DNA of 64,000 nucleotides from Enoplolaimus lenunculus (taxonomy: Eukaryota): assembly GCA_030248215.1 (NCBI GenBank), contig JASANG010001546.1, positions 496,001-560,000 on the forward strand, written 5' to 3'. Both the position numbers and the translations under genes were made by a program. Positions 1 to 13,305 of this stretch are shown piece by piece. The stretch's first letter is position 1; each line of letters begins with the position of its first letter. The notes beneath the pieces are model-generated. The model saw only the letters and a program-made list of their open reading frames with translations, made no database searches and was not told where the DNA came from.

Positions 1-2548
1 CATCTTTGCACATTACATATACACATATGCAAAACAACTAAATAGTACAAGATTTACATGACAAATGACCTTGTGGTCTTTATGCAACCGTGAACCCCAT
101 TAAACCACACAGAGAGAAACAGTACGCAATGGCGTATATCAACGGGGCTTTATCTCTCAAGCTGACCCATTTGCTATTTTTACTCAACGGATTTAAATAC
201 TTCTTTTTAGTCCTTAAACACAACATCCCCCCTTCGAAATTATTCTACAACGCAACCCCGTTTTTATTTCCATAATCCTGGCCACATCCCTGATACAGAC
301 GGCAAAAATTGCCTAAGCGCCTCTGACTGAGTCTCAATGCGATTGTCAACGCAACAGCAAAACCCCATTGAAGCACATAACCTGTGCCGCGTTGCAAAAG
401 TTCGCTTCAAACTTTTTTTTGTAGTTTCCTGCTTTTACAGATGAAAATGTATCATAGACTGCGCCTAACCTGGCTAATCATTTTTTTAGATTAGTCTCAG
501 TTATAAACATACGTACATAATACATGTTAAATATACGTATATATGTGTAGTGTTGTACTGACAACTTGCAATGATACAACGGTAAACAATCCATATACAA
601 TCCCATGGACGCTGCCAGAATCTCGGGTATTGGGATCCAGCGGGAAAAACATACAACGTATACTTGTCGCTGCAAACTATCCGTTTCTATGCACATAACC
701 GTACCACATTTGTTTAATAATTCAGAGAGGGGGTGGCGGCGCAGGTGCAACCCCTTGACAAGTTTTGCCGTCGAACACATGCATTACCATAAACATCATT
801 CGAACTTCGCAATAATACATGAAATATAAATTTCAAAATATTGTCAACTAAACCAGTTATATATTTCAATTGGAATCTGAATGAAAAAATATTCAAACCT
901 GTTTTTCGTTAAAGTTCAACCAAAATTACAACTTCCATCCCAGCGATACAAATCAAAATCAGCCATTGCAGGCACCTAACAACCCCTTAAATCTGGTACT
1001 TGTTCTAATATCTGTTACACTGGCTCGTAGCGACTTCAAGCCTAACCAAGACTTAACCGCATATCACCACCGCTTTCATCCGCTTTTATATGTCAGCGTT
1101 TACCTTAATGAGTGCCGCATTATTTGAACAACAAACTTGTACTAAACACAACTCGAAAACAATTGATAACGAAACAAAAACCTATTATTAGCCAACAATG
1201 CCTGTCAATAACATATGAAAAAATGCCTAATGTCATTTGAGTAGCATTTGCAAACATTAATTAGATTATCATTGGTTGATATTTACGTATATATATTCAT
1301 TCTAAATAAATAATATAAACTTAATTATTGAAACAATACGGTCTGCATATCCCTTTTTCCAAGTTTTGTCCAAAATGAAAGACCCCAAATCTCGAGCCGG
1401 AACCTCGGCACTCTTGCACTACAGTTAGCCATGCTATCCACATTACATGTTCGATTGCAACAACTTCGTATTCCGGTATATATATATAGACAATGTTTTG
1501 CTTTACATTTCCACCACAATACCCTTCCGTACACTTCACTAATAGAAGAAATCTACGTCAAAAGTATGATAAACTATAATTACGAAACCATAACACTAAT
1601 ATCGTTCCCTACACAGCCTACTAAACACTTAAAAATAAAAAGTATATATACTTGGCAAACCAGGTCCCGACTGACACATATCGACATCTGATTCGTTCGT
1701 TTTGTTTTTCCAAACACCAGTCTCACAAATTTAGGCCAACCAATCAGGACACAATCTCAATTTTTATCTCCAACAAAAAACTAGAAAACCTAAACGCCTA
1801 AAATTAGTTCGTCTAATCTCATGGGACGCTAGCCAGCAAATCGTCATTGTCTCCTCAACAGTCGAAACAGCAACGGTTTTAATTAAACGCCGGCATAGAC
1901 GCTACAAAAACCAACCCCACGAGTCAAATCAATATTTCTCCTGCCCACAGCTCAAATTGTTCATTTCAAACTTCACCCCGTCCTGCCTGTTTTAAGTCAT
2001 GAAAAAAAAAGTATTTTTTCCGTCGTCAAAGTATTTTTTGCACATTCACTCTCCTCAGATGCCATCTGTACCGCGAGTCACGCAAATGGACCAAAACTTT
2101 ACCGACTCTAAACTATAAATAAACAACAAATAGCAACCTTGTTTTTTTTGTTCTTTTTCTAAAAATATATCGTTCACACGAAAACTTAAAGAAGCCATGA
2201 ATTTGCGTTACTTATTATATATCAAAGTTGGAGTCAACCAAAGGTGAATCAGTCATATCAACCAGTGATTAATGTTTTCAAATCCTGACAGTCAAAACGT
2301 TAACAATTGAAGCTTTGCTACAAATTGTGTCCAACTTGCATTTGAGTACTAATTTACTAAGCATTCTATTTTCTGTATATTGAAGAATATTGTTAAATAT
2401 ACGGTTCAACTACAAAATCCACATATGTTCACTGTTTCGTTCGCTTGCATACGAGTTATAAACTCATACGAGGCGCCAGCGGTGTTAAACACCATTCATA
2501 TCCCAAATATTTGTGGTATGTGACTTCAAGCTGGAGGTACGTCTACGC

Positions 2549-3009
2549 CAGAGATGGAAGTAAGGCTTGTGGTTGCATCAGGTGGGGCGGCAAAATTGGC
2601 CACCACATGGTTCCGGCCGCCTCCTATCTGGCAAAAATATCTGGCAAAAATATCTGGCAAAAATATCTGGCAAAAATATCTGGCAAAAATAGTGCAAAAA
2701 TTAGAAAATAAATTGTCCTCAATTTTGAAATTATCTTAAAAATAAACAAAAAAGTTTTCAGCAAACTGAATATGTACAATTTTATTGTTCGTCAACTTTT
2801 TTGGCCGCCTATATACTAAATTCAGTCTAAAATGTGAAAATCAACGTAAAAATAGTTGAAATACTGTTAATGTTTCTGCTAAAACTACTATTTTCGTGAT
2901 GCAGATGGAAAACGAATTCTTTTATGCTACCCGATGAGGCGTCAAGAAAACATCGACGGTAGGGCGGGGTGGAATGGTGTGGCCGAATGCGGCGTCTCTT
3001 TCATCTCTG
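2549..3009. mobile_element. hAT-like MITE containing a 13-bp tandem repeat
   Basis: Ends CAGAGATGGAA...TTCATCTCTG are inverted. The flanking 8-mers GTCTACGC/GTTTAGCC match only partly (aged TSD). No coding capacity. Confidence 0.45.
2625..2690. repeat. 13-bp tandem repeat (TATCTGGCAAAAA) x5
   Basis: Directly visible perfect repeat. It explains the repetitive ORFs at 2445 and 2554. Confidence 0.9.
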
Positions 3010-3279
3010 GTTTAGCCAGTAGACAAATAGATAAACTATTTCAGAAAGAAAAGTAACATGGGGGACAGTAAAATAAAATATGTATATAACGAAAACGTTT
3101 CTTTTATTAGCGTCTACATTCCAACGACAAATGTCAAATCTGTGTCTTATGAGTAAGGGTTGCGCTATACTTTACTGTGCCAGCCGCCGCTATGCGTTGC
3201 TAATAAAAATATAGGCAAAATTTATTTGGTTGTATGCGACGATGTTATATATACAAATTTTATTGTGCCACGCGAATAA

Positions 3280-3557
3280 AGCCCCATTCACACGAGCAAG
3301 TTTTTGCTCCGAGAACATGCAGCTGCAAATTGCATGGAGAACTTGCGTTCTTAATCAGCCAATGAGAAAGCGGTTGCAATAAATTCAGTGAACGTGCATT
3401 GTGGTTATTCACACATGATAACTAAATTGCTAGCTTTGATTTTTAATGAATTATTCTGCAGTTGCAAGTTTTTCGAACGGGATTTTCGACAAAACTTGCA
3501 ACTGCAAGTTGCAGCTGCAAGTTCTTGCAGCAAAAATTTGCACGTGTGAATAGGGCT
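3280..3557. mobile_element. PIF/Harbinger (Tourist-like) MITE
   Basis: TIRs AGCCCCATTCACACG / CGTGTGAATAGGGCT flanked by TAA...TAA. An inverted related copy lies at 41965-42175. Confidence 0.7.
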
Positions 3558-5906
3558 TAAAGCTCAACTAAACTAAACTGAAACTTCACTTAACCGAATG
3601 TATTTTGAAATTTAACCACGAAACCCAATAAATACAACAGACCGTAAAGACGTATACGGATATTATACAGTCGCTAAAATACGTAAAACACAAACAACTA
3701 CAGTACTTGACTTACACACGTACGAGCATTACATTCTACGCAGATTGAACCGAATCCAGATAATAACACATTGAAAACAGGCACAAACTCGGCAAAAATA
3801 CATAATTAATTCAATCTGAACGCACATAACATCCGGCAACTGTATATCTGTACAACACAAGGATCAGGGTGGATCAACATGCAACCATTCAATTTCACTT
3901 TTCATTCCATTATGTAGTATTCTCAAATATGTTTAGTACCTATCACCAACAGTGGACAATCGCTATTCGAACAAGAATGTACAACTGGGCATAGCGACCC
4001 ACCTCTAAACAAGGAGGGTCGGTCGGTCAAAAACGCAACGCCCGGTGGTACATTTTATACCATTCGAGGCCCCAAGAGTTGCACATTGTTGTCATTCTAC
4101 ACTCTTGCTATCGCCAATTGCCGACAAACATATTGTTTCAATGTTCAAAATTTTTTTGAGAAGGTGTGTAAACATTAGCTATGTTTTTAAAACAAACAAA
4201 AATAGTACTTAATATACCAGCCATTATAATTACTAACCATAACGGGCTGTTACATTTTTTCCTTACAAAACCGTCCCGGCAAAACACAATAACAGAATAC
4301 CTATTAAAACCAGAACCATGAAATTTAGTTTGTTTCTTACCAAAACAACAACGACATAGCCATGTAAAACATTAAGGTAAATAAATATGTAATTTAGCAA
4401 AATTATGAATTTCGACTTCCGGTACACAAGTAATAACACATCACGATAAACCCTGCAATGTGCTTCATTCGACCGACAACCAATTAAATAGCGCAGATGC
4501 CGGAAATCAACAGTCCCTCGGTAATCTGTGCTCAACTACATACTTATATCAAGAATTATTATTTATTATTATGATTATCATTACTAATAGACCGAAACCT
4601 ATTCAGACTGTGCATTTTTAATTATACCTTACCTAAACTACAAATTAGTCTACATTTTCGACTCAGCCAATGATTAAACTTAGCATTGTACAATGCTCAA
4701 GGGTCCAAAACACATTGCGCTACAAGAATTGCTGCCTGTGAAAACATGACTCCTGTTTCTTTTGCTGATCCGACTTTGCAAAACACCAAAACACAATTTT
4801 TGGTATTTTGGCAAATCGTTTATAATCGTGTAAAAACCAAAAAACTTACATTCCAAAAAGTCTTTTTCTACCCTGCAGAATGCTGCAATCTTCTTCAATG
4901 AAGAAATCTGACGCGTTTAGTGTAAAACTAACTGAATTTTTGCTGACGAAAATACTAAATCAGTGCCTGCAATGCAAACCACAATGATTATTGCAATCAA
5001 ATACGTAATGCATCAAATACATTGCAAAAATAAATGACAAAAAGCCAATTCAACAAAATATATCACACGCTCCAAGATATTCAGAATCATGGTGGTACGT
5101 ATGAGCGACAAAAATATATACATAAAGTAGACCACTTGTACGTAACATAAGTGCTGTTGATGAGAACCACAATTTAACACACAAACTCGCAAAATTTATA
5201 CAAAAGCACACAACACAGCTGCGCGGTAGTTACTAAATAAGTAAAGAAATTCTATGTAGATTTCGTGAAAGTCTTAATTTTAATCTTACTTGTTGTGATA
5301 CGTTGAATAAAATTTATATTATTTATCTATTAAATTGCGTTCGATGAGTTAATTTATCAATAATTGATTGTAGATTAGCTTTTACAGAACCAAAAATTAT
5401 CGCCGACTTTTTCATGCAACCTGTTCGCAAATTGTTGCCAGCCAACAGACATGCTAAATTGACATGATATTTGTCAATACAAATTATCCGTCCATTCACA
5501 AACTTTGTAGTTCCGTCACAAAATTTCTAGTTCCTATTCCAATTCCGATTACAATTCCGGTATAAATTTGCTGTTCCGATTGCGATTCGGGTATAATCCA
5601 GTTCCGATGTGCACCCTGCGTATTATACAGATTGTTGTTCGTTTTCATTACACGCGTACAGTTTCAACCACAATAACACTAACAAGGTAGGTTATGCTTA
5701 ATATTTTCATTTGTATTTCCGTAAAATTTTTCAGTGGGAAAACTAAAATATCACGTTCGGCGCCTTATCACGGAAATCAGAACTGGACGAAAATTCAAAA
5801 CACGTTATACTTGTTCCGAGATTCAATAAATCAGCCAAAAAAATTCTAATAGTTGCTTCAGACCACATAGATGCGTACTAAAACGTCAGACCAAATAGCT
5901 TCCAGC

Positions 5907-7407
5907 TTACAAAACGTTACCCTTCTCAGCCAGCTGATCAGTAGCGTTTCCAGTTGACTTCCCCGCAAGACGCATTGCTTCTTCATACGAAGGTGGTGCG
6001 CCTAGATTCGGATCGATAAACTCACTCAAACTTCCCATCGGTATCTGTAGCCCTCCCACTCCGCTAAAACTAGACAGTCTTGAATCACCTGCAGCGGTGC
6101 CAGAACTGTACGCTGGGGTTGCGTTAAAAGCGTGAGGCCTGCGAAAATGATATCGTCCAGGCACACACATTGGATCACAATTATCACCGTACGGTACTGA
6201 CATTGAACAACTGATTATGCTTGAGCGCATCAAATCATGATTATTATCCAGAGTATGAAACGTAGTACCATTGCTATTATTTAAAATTGCCGACAAGCTA
6301 CCATTGGTCGTTGAATTACCGTAACACGCGTTATTGTAATTATTATGAAATTCATTATAGCTTGGCTGATGATTACTACTAATAGCGCTGTCACCAACAT
6401 TCGTATAACCCCCGCCGTACCCGTTGTTGCTATCCCAATTTTGATTGGTTCCCCTAACGCCGGCAGTGTACGGAAACGATCGCCAATTAGAATCGTTGCC
6501 GATGACGTCAGACGTTGAATTCGACATAGATGTACTCAAATTTCGATTGTTTAATCTAGGAGGTGGTGCTGCCGTTGTAGGCATCCCAGCAGAAGGATAA
6601 CCAGATGGAAAGTAGGCTGGGGCATTGCCACCAGGACCGGGTCGGCTTAATGCCGATACATTATTAGCACTGTTTGCATATCGATACCGATATCGGTGCA
6701 AAAACGTTGAAGATTCGTGTTCGTTTGAAGTGCGCTCTCCTGTGACTCCGTTACGTTCTTCTAGTTCAGATTCACGCTTACTCCAGTACCACTGACAAAG
6801 CATCCAAAACACCAAAAACATCAACAACAGTCCAGCCAAACAACCAATTATAATCCCCCACGGATTTGAATAGTCTTCGCAGTAGCGTCCTGAAATTTAA
6901 CTATACAGATTAATGCGCTGCATACAACCTTAAATCGATTCCTTTAATCCAAAACTGACATTTGTAGAAATCGCGTATGTAAATTTATTCCTCAACACTT
7001 CAATTACTCAAACAACAAACACTTCGTATCTGCATCGTGTATGCACATTAAAACTCGATAAATCTACAAAAATGTTACGTATATATTTTGTACCAGAGGG
7101 ATGCATCACCAACCTGAGTACGACGCAGGACACCGACAAACGCCAAGATCACCAATCGCTTTGCCTTGATTTTCGCACAATAAATTTTCACAATGAACGC
7201 CTTCAAAATGAACATTGTCGTCGCACTGACACGTATTGTTGCTTAAACGCAACGATTTATTTAAACAAATTATGTTTTGACAGAGTGTGCCGTTATAGTG
7301 TTTCGGGCATCGACATTTATTATCCATTACGCTATATACTCCGCCATTCTTGCAGTCTGGACGTATGCCGAGCCATTCAGAAAACTTTTCACCCAGGCTA
7401 GACATGG
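5907..7407 (-). CDS. Single-pass membrane protein with ~3 EGF-like repeats and a long low-complexity cytoplasmic tail with a PPxY motif (5' exons not resolved)
   Basis: Exon 7407-7114 (CKNGG..CRCPKHYNGTLCQNIICLN..CQC..FEGVHCENLLCENQG..CRCPASYSG) splices in phase 1 (GT..AG) to exon 6889-5907 (GRYCEDYSNPWGIIIGCLAGLLLMFLVFWMLCQWYWSKR..PPSYEEAM). The join completes the last EGF and gives a hydrophobic TM segment. Confidence 0.8.
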
Positions 7408-7989
7408 CTATTAAATATTGCAAGATTCGAAAGCTGCGAATAAATGTGCAGTTTAAATTAAATTTTGGCTTTCATTTTAACATATTACGTTCTATAAAAA
7501 ATTATAAGTCGTTCATAATATTTGGGTCGCAGTTTCGGAACAGATAATTTGACGATGGTATAGATATGTAAAAACAATAACAGCTAGAACCGAATAAAAC
7601 TGAAATTTTAGCTACACTGAAGGCAGCTTGGGTTAAAGCACAAAGTGTCTCCATATCTGTAGGTTGTAATCTAGAGTCATGAGCCTGCCTGATTGGCATT
7701 GCACTGCGTATATACTCTATACGATAGTACATATACTGACAGGCAAGTCTGTTGCGATATTCTTACACTGACTTAAAAATTTCAAGTTTAAAACCGATTC
7801 TGATTACACCTAGACTGAAAAGTATCGTATTGCTATAATGCGTACCTATCTTAAATGGTAAATTTACGAATGGTTGTCCTATATGGGAAGGAAAGCCCAG
7901 ATTCTCAACCCCGGCGGCTCGTAGCCGGTTATGGTCAGGTTTTTACGTAAGTCCAACACTGACCAATCAGGCAGCAAGCTTAGCTCTAT

Positions 7990-9133
7990 GACTGTACAAA
8001 TTAAAGCAATTAAGACTAGCATTCTAAGAATGCCACGGTGCAGTTGAAATCTAGAATCAGGAAATTAAAGATCTTTCACTGTGTTAGCCTCAGTCGTCAT
8101 ACATGGTCGGCACAAATGTTCGCAATATTTATTAGAAACCTGATAAGATGTTGTGTTTTACAGAGTGCAATGTAAGGTCAAGAGCAATGATTATTACTTC
8201 ACATAATCTGCAATACTTATTGTTATTAAATTTATATTCTGTTTGGAAGCCCTGACATTATCTTAGCTTCAGTATATCTGCCGTATGACTAGCAGGATCC
8301 TCCTCCATCGAAAGATCTTGTAGATTTGGTTGATTATAATAATTCTGTTGCTGTTCCACTTGTTGTAGGATGTGATAGCAATGCTCATCATACCTTGTAG
8401 GGAACCTTTGATGACAATCAGATAGGTTTAGCATTATTAGATTATATTTTAGGTGCCAATCTTCAGGTGTCCAATGTCGGTGTTATTCGTACCTTTGTTT
8501 AAGCTATAAGGAGGAAAGTTGACATTACATTAACCTTTGGCGGGTATCTGAGGAAGACTCGTGCTCAAATCGTAGTTACATTGAGTTTCAGTTCAAATTA
8601 TTCCAAGAAACCGTGCAGAAGAAACTCAACTTGAGTAGATTTTGTGAGATGTATACTAGGTATCTCACTGATAGATTTGGAGCTCACCACTTCTAATGCA
8701 ATAGACAAAAGTGTTAATAAAATTCAGTGAGCTATTGTTGCAGCAGTTACTAAAGCGTGTGGTGAAATGAGAACTTGGAAATGGTGAGGCAGAATTGTCG
8801 GAAATTATATCGAAAGGCGACAGGTTATGATAACATGAAAACATGGCGATGTTATAAGAAAAATCAGAGACAATTTAAGTATCAAATTAAAGAACCTAAA
8901 AGGCGACATCGGAAAAAATTTTGTAAAGAGCTAAGAAATACCTCTCAAACACCAAGAACATATACATAGAATTGTTCGTCGTACTTGTGAAGACTATAAT
9001 ATTGTAGAGGAACAGGTTTCTGTCGAAATAACTTGTTTTGCAATTAGCCGTTTTCTCGTGTTAAAGCACAAATGAGTTGATGAGATATTACCATTATATC
9101 TTTAAGCAGGACTAAATGATTTGGCAACCCCGC
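7990..9133 (+). mobile_element. Degenerate non-LTR retrotransposon relic (APE endonuclease to pre-RT region, LOA/R1-like)
   Basis: Broken translation with stops: DIILASVYLPYD*QDPPPSKDLVDLVDY and PLVVGCDSNAHHTL*GT..GLALLDYI..NLQVSNVG..TFV..VDITL (8260-8535), plus DEILPLYL*AGL near 9080. These match APE and pre-RT motifs. Boundaries are approximate. Confidence 0.75.
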
Positions 9134-9364
9134 TGTAAGCATGTGAGACATGAGTGTCCTGGTCCATATGCAATAAAATGCAATGCACATTGTGTTGTAC
9201 GGTCAACACATATAGTCGACGAAAAATGCAGTTGGAGAGGCGGACTACGTGGCGCAGTGGTAGAGTGCTCGCTTAAGGCTCCATAGGCTGAGAGTTCGAT
9301 CCGTGCGCTAGCCCGCTTTTCCAGCTGCTTAGTAAAAAGGTCTAATGTCCTTTAGTTCCCACCT
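9134..9364 (+). mobile_element. Solo, 3'-truncated LTR of tRNA-bearing TRIM family A
   Basis: Begins TGTAAGCATGTGAGACATG like the LTRs at 30446-31362 and aligns to them over ~230 bp. tRNA-like core at 9243-9314 (box A TGGCGCAGTGG, box B GAGTTCGATCC). Confidence 0.8.
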
Positions 9365-9559
9365 CGTTTTTGTCTGTTTTCTTTTCGAAATGAGGGACAT
9401 AAACGTGGCAAGCGTGTCGTGGATATTTACAGCCGTTATATGATAATTATGTTGTTGTTCTTGCGGAGGACAATTGAGTCAAGTTTAATTCTCCAACATT
9501 AATAGAAAAATAGTGTTTAGGGTTCCAACATCTGCACACTCTATTTGCCATCTTCTTCG

Positions 9560-9593
<34 letters not shown>

Positions 9594-10466
9594 ATAATAT
9601 TGATACTGTAAAAAATGCACGTGATAGTTTCACAGAGCGTCTTATCAAAACTCTTATCGTTAATTTATTCCACTAGCTATGTTAATAAATTACAGAACAA
9701 CCCGAAACTGAACGTACAATAGTATAATTCTATCAACAGCGTTAAATCAATAACCACTTTGAAAGTACTTTATATAACATTGCTTATTGCACAATTTTTA
9801 AAATTTACGTAAGTGTAATAGCTTGAACTAAAAACTTTTAAAGAGTAAAAACCCAATATAACATTGGTATAAATATTAAACGAACCAGCTATTGAGTAAC
9901 ACTGTAAACTTGTTGTTTAAAACCATTTTATCTGCTCAAGAGGGGCCTTTCAACTTAACAAACCTTTTGTATTCTTAAGTCACGTTTTGCTTTAATATGA
10001 CGACATGTTAGCAAAGAAAAAGTAGGGCGGCAGAATTATATCCGGTAAACAATATTAGCTTAGATTTGCAACCAAAACCAAATTTTTAACCATGTGACAA
10101 AACTGCATATACCCAATCGATTTTATGTTTTAGATGGACACATCAGAACTACATTTACTTTGTTTAAGGTTCAAATAATTTAATTACACTGTTAGTAAGT
10201 CTTATTAAAAGTTTTATATTGCTGGCGAAAACGAAAGCGCTAATTGTACCTAATTAATAGTGAATAGTAGATGTTATTTGAGTTATTCGTGACTGCTTTG
10301 CCTTAAGTGCGAAGGTTGTAAATGGGAAATTGTTGTAAACCTTAAGTATATACCACTCAGAACGGTGCGTATTCCTGTAACACCGACACTTGGGAGCCCA
10401 CATTTAGAACGTTGGTTTCGGAAACATTGTGGTTGCTTTTTTAGTCGTCGAAATTATAATTGTAAT

Positions 10467-13305
10467 ATGAATCTAAATACATTTCGCCTCGTAGTTATGG
10501 GTGGCGGCGGTGTGGGGAAAAGTGCCTTGACGATCCAATTTGTCAGAGTATGTTTTCCGTTGCTGCATAAACGTACGTAATAAATTGCCGCCAACTAGTG
10601 GGCAACACGAACTCAATGCAATTTGGTAAAGTAAAGTATATCAGGCATATAAATGCAGTATTTCTTATTGCACATATGTTTGTTGATCTGCTTCAATGCG
10701 TCAACGTTTGACATTCATTCGAATTTGTTATGCGCTATTCACTGGTTATCAGAATTTCAACATATTTTTTCATTTCAGCAATATTTTCTGGATGTGTATG
10801 ACCCTACGATTGAAGATTCTTATACCAAGCGATGTATAGTAGACGACTCTATTGCTACACTTGATAGTAAAGCATTTACGATTTTATTTTTCATTAACAT
10901 AACGTAGATGTTGGAAATACTGCCCAGTGGCTGCACGGCTATTTGTTTTTGGAAATCTAGGCGTAATGCTGATATGCCTGTTAGCACCATTGTTGATTTA
11001 GACTTTCACATGCAATAAGCTGGAGTGAGCATTCATGGTGTGTGTAACTGTTCAATACGTGGCACTCGTATCCAAAACACCTGCAAGATTTTCAGTAATA
11101 TATTTTTTATTCTTGATAGTGTGAATACGTGCTTATGTACGTGTATTCTGTTGAGACAAATATTTGTGTTTCAAGATAGATATGTTACATGTATTGTATA
11201 TGACGTTTAATATTTTGTAGTTTTGGATACAGCTGGTCAAGAAGAATTCACTACGATGAGAGAACAATTTATGCGCTCCGCAGAAGGATTTTTGCTCGTT
11301 TATTCCGTTACAGATCGCACAAGGTTTGTTTAAAGGTTTGTTTACAAGCGGACTAATAAATGTACATTTATATTAATCATATCAAAACATAAAATCATCA
11401 TATATTGTTACACAAATTAGCCGTACAGTCACAAAATTTCTAGTTCCAATTCCGATTACGGTTCTGGTTTAAGTTTTCTGTCCCGATTCCGGTAATTAAA
11501 CGTGTTCACGGACTTGTTTTCAATTGCGTCACGGTTACATGGAGAGTATAGTCTATAGTGTACTAGTCAGCTAATTTTTGGAGTACTTATTTATTTCTAT
11601 ATATCATTATTAATATAATTAATGTGTCTGCATCTGCTTATTACAAATTGGATTTTGATACACGTTGCTTATGCTATTGCAATAATATTAGACAAGCTTG
11701 TTTATAAATTTAACAGTTGGCGTGTATTAAATATTGAAAATAGTATTCTGGGACTATTAGTCTGTGTACCATGCAAATTACGCTCAATTGCTTTCTATTG
11801 TCATACTCTCAGTGGCACTTTACGTAATGTGTCAAACACTAAAGATAGAATTATACGTAGTTACAGCAGCGTCACACACGAAATTATTTAGGCAAAGTTT
11901 GCTATTGTTAAAAGGTGCTCACTGACGTTTCATAAAACTCAAAAAGTGAATCGCCCAAATATTGTCACGAGCTAAAGTGCATGAAGATGTATAATTGATC
12001 TAACAGCGTTTATAGTTATGTTTTATATGTATTAAAAAGTTCAGGGCTGACATTAATGTGGTACGTATTTTATAGCCTTGAAGAAGTTTTACGTTTACAC
12101 CAACACGCGCTTCGAGTGAAAGACAGAGATGATTTTCCAATGATTTTGGTTGCCAATAAAGTTGATTTAACAGATCAAAGAATTGTAAGTGTCGAGTTGA
12201 CATTTTGTTGTGACTACAATGAGTTGAAATTATTGTTAAAATGTAATTTTTGCATTTATGATTCAGTTGCTCTCTGTTACTGAAATTACAATTTTCGAAA
12301 TCTTAATTGCTGAAACGCTACATTATTTCGAAATGATTGATTGTTTAGCGGGTGTTTGTTTACATTTTCCTCACAAACCATTTCCACACATTTATGACTG
12401 GATTAATGCAATTACGTAATAGGCTGGTTCTTAAGTTTAGATTTTGGCTAAACCCTAATCCTATGTGAGCGTAAGATTTTTAGGAAAATAATAGACTAAT
12501 GCGGGGAAACTTTTGTTTTTTGTTCAATGTCTACTAGCGTTGAGTTAACTTGTCGCGGTTCCTCTTGAAGCTATTTCTTCCACTTCAGCTCTCTGGTTCT
12601 TTAGACTGAATTTAAGGTTGAAACCAATATATTTCGATTTTATATAAACCAAACTTGCACAGCCACAAGTATGAATCGTTTTTAAACGCATTAACCCGGT
12701 TTGGTTCCAAGCCGATTAAAATTGTGAACCCGAGACTGCTTTAGTGTGGAGGGAAGTAAACAACAAACGTTTTATGGTGTGACGTTTTCATTTAGATATC
12801 TGAGACTGAAGGCCAAGATGTTGCTGCAAATTTGCATGTGCCTTACATCGAGTGCTCTGCAAAACTAAGGCTTAACGTAGACCAAGCGTTTTACGATTTA
12901 GTCCGATTAATTCGGTGAGTGTGAGACAATACATTTTGCAGTATTTTAGCATTTTCTTTCATATACGAATTGTTGGTTGGTGCAACGCGTATACGTGCAC
13001 CAGATACGTATTTTTAGTTTTCTACATACTAAATACGTACTTTGCGAATGCGCAAAGAACCGCAACACAATTTTTAAGAGTGACGAAGTTTATTTCTATC
13101 TACATATCGCCACCTCCAATTCAGCGTAACCCCAGGGAGTCCGGCAGATAAGCGAAGCAGTTGTCAAAAAACATCAAATAAAGCGTTTTAGTAACCATTA
13201 TATAAGTATACATTATGTTGATTATATTTCAGGAAATTTCGGCACCTCGAAAGGCCGGAGCCTGTTGGAAAATCAAAGTCGAAACGCAGGTGTACGTTAA
13301 TATAG
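10467..13305 (+). CDS. RRAS2: Ras-family small GTPase, R-Ras2/TC21 (Ras64B)-like, 190 aa
   Basis: Six in-phase GT-AG exons: 10467-10547, 10779-10866, 11221-11323, 12076-12184, 12796-12914, 13233-13305. Motifs: [47 protein letters not shown], and a polybasic tail ending in CaaX ([11 protein letters not shown]). The subfamily label is from remembered motif similarity. Confidence 0.9.

Noticed and set aside
1..2200. 5' region of a further minus-strand gene
   Set aside because: Strand skew is suggestive, but no exon with recognisable protein motifs could be built.
4263..4535. Possible terminal exon (VEHRLPRDC*) of the EGF-membrane gene, or an independent ORF
   Set aside because: Phase-compatible, but the acceptor is weak and the upstream exon already has an in-frame stop. 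It cannot be supported without transcripts.
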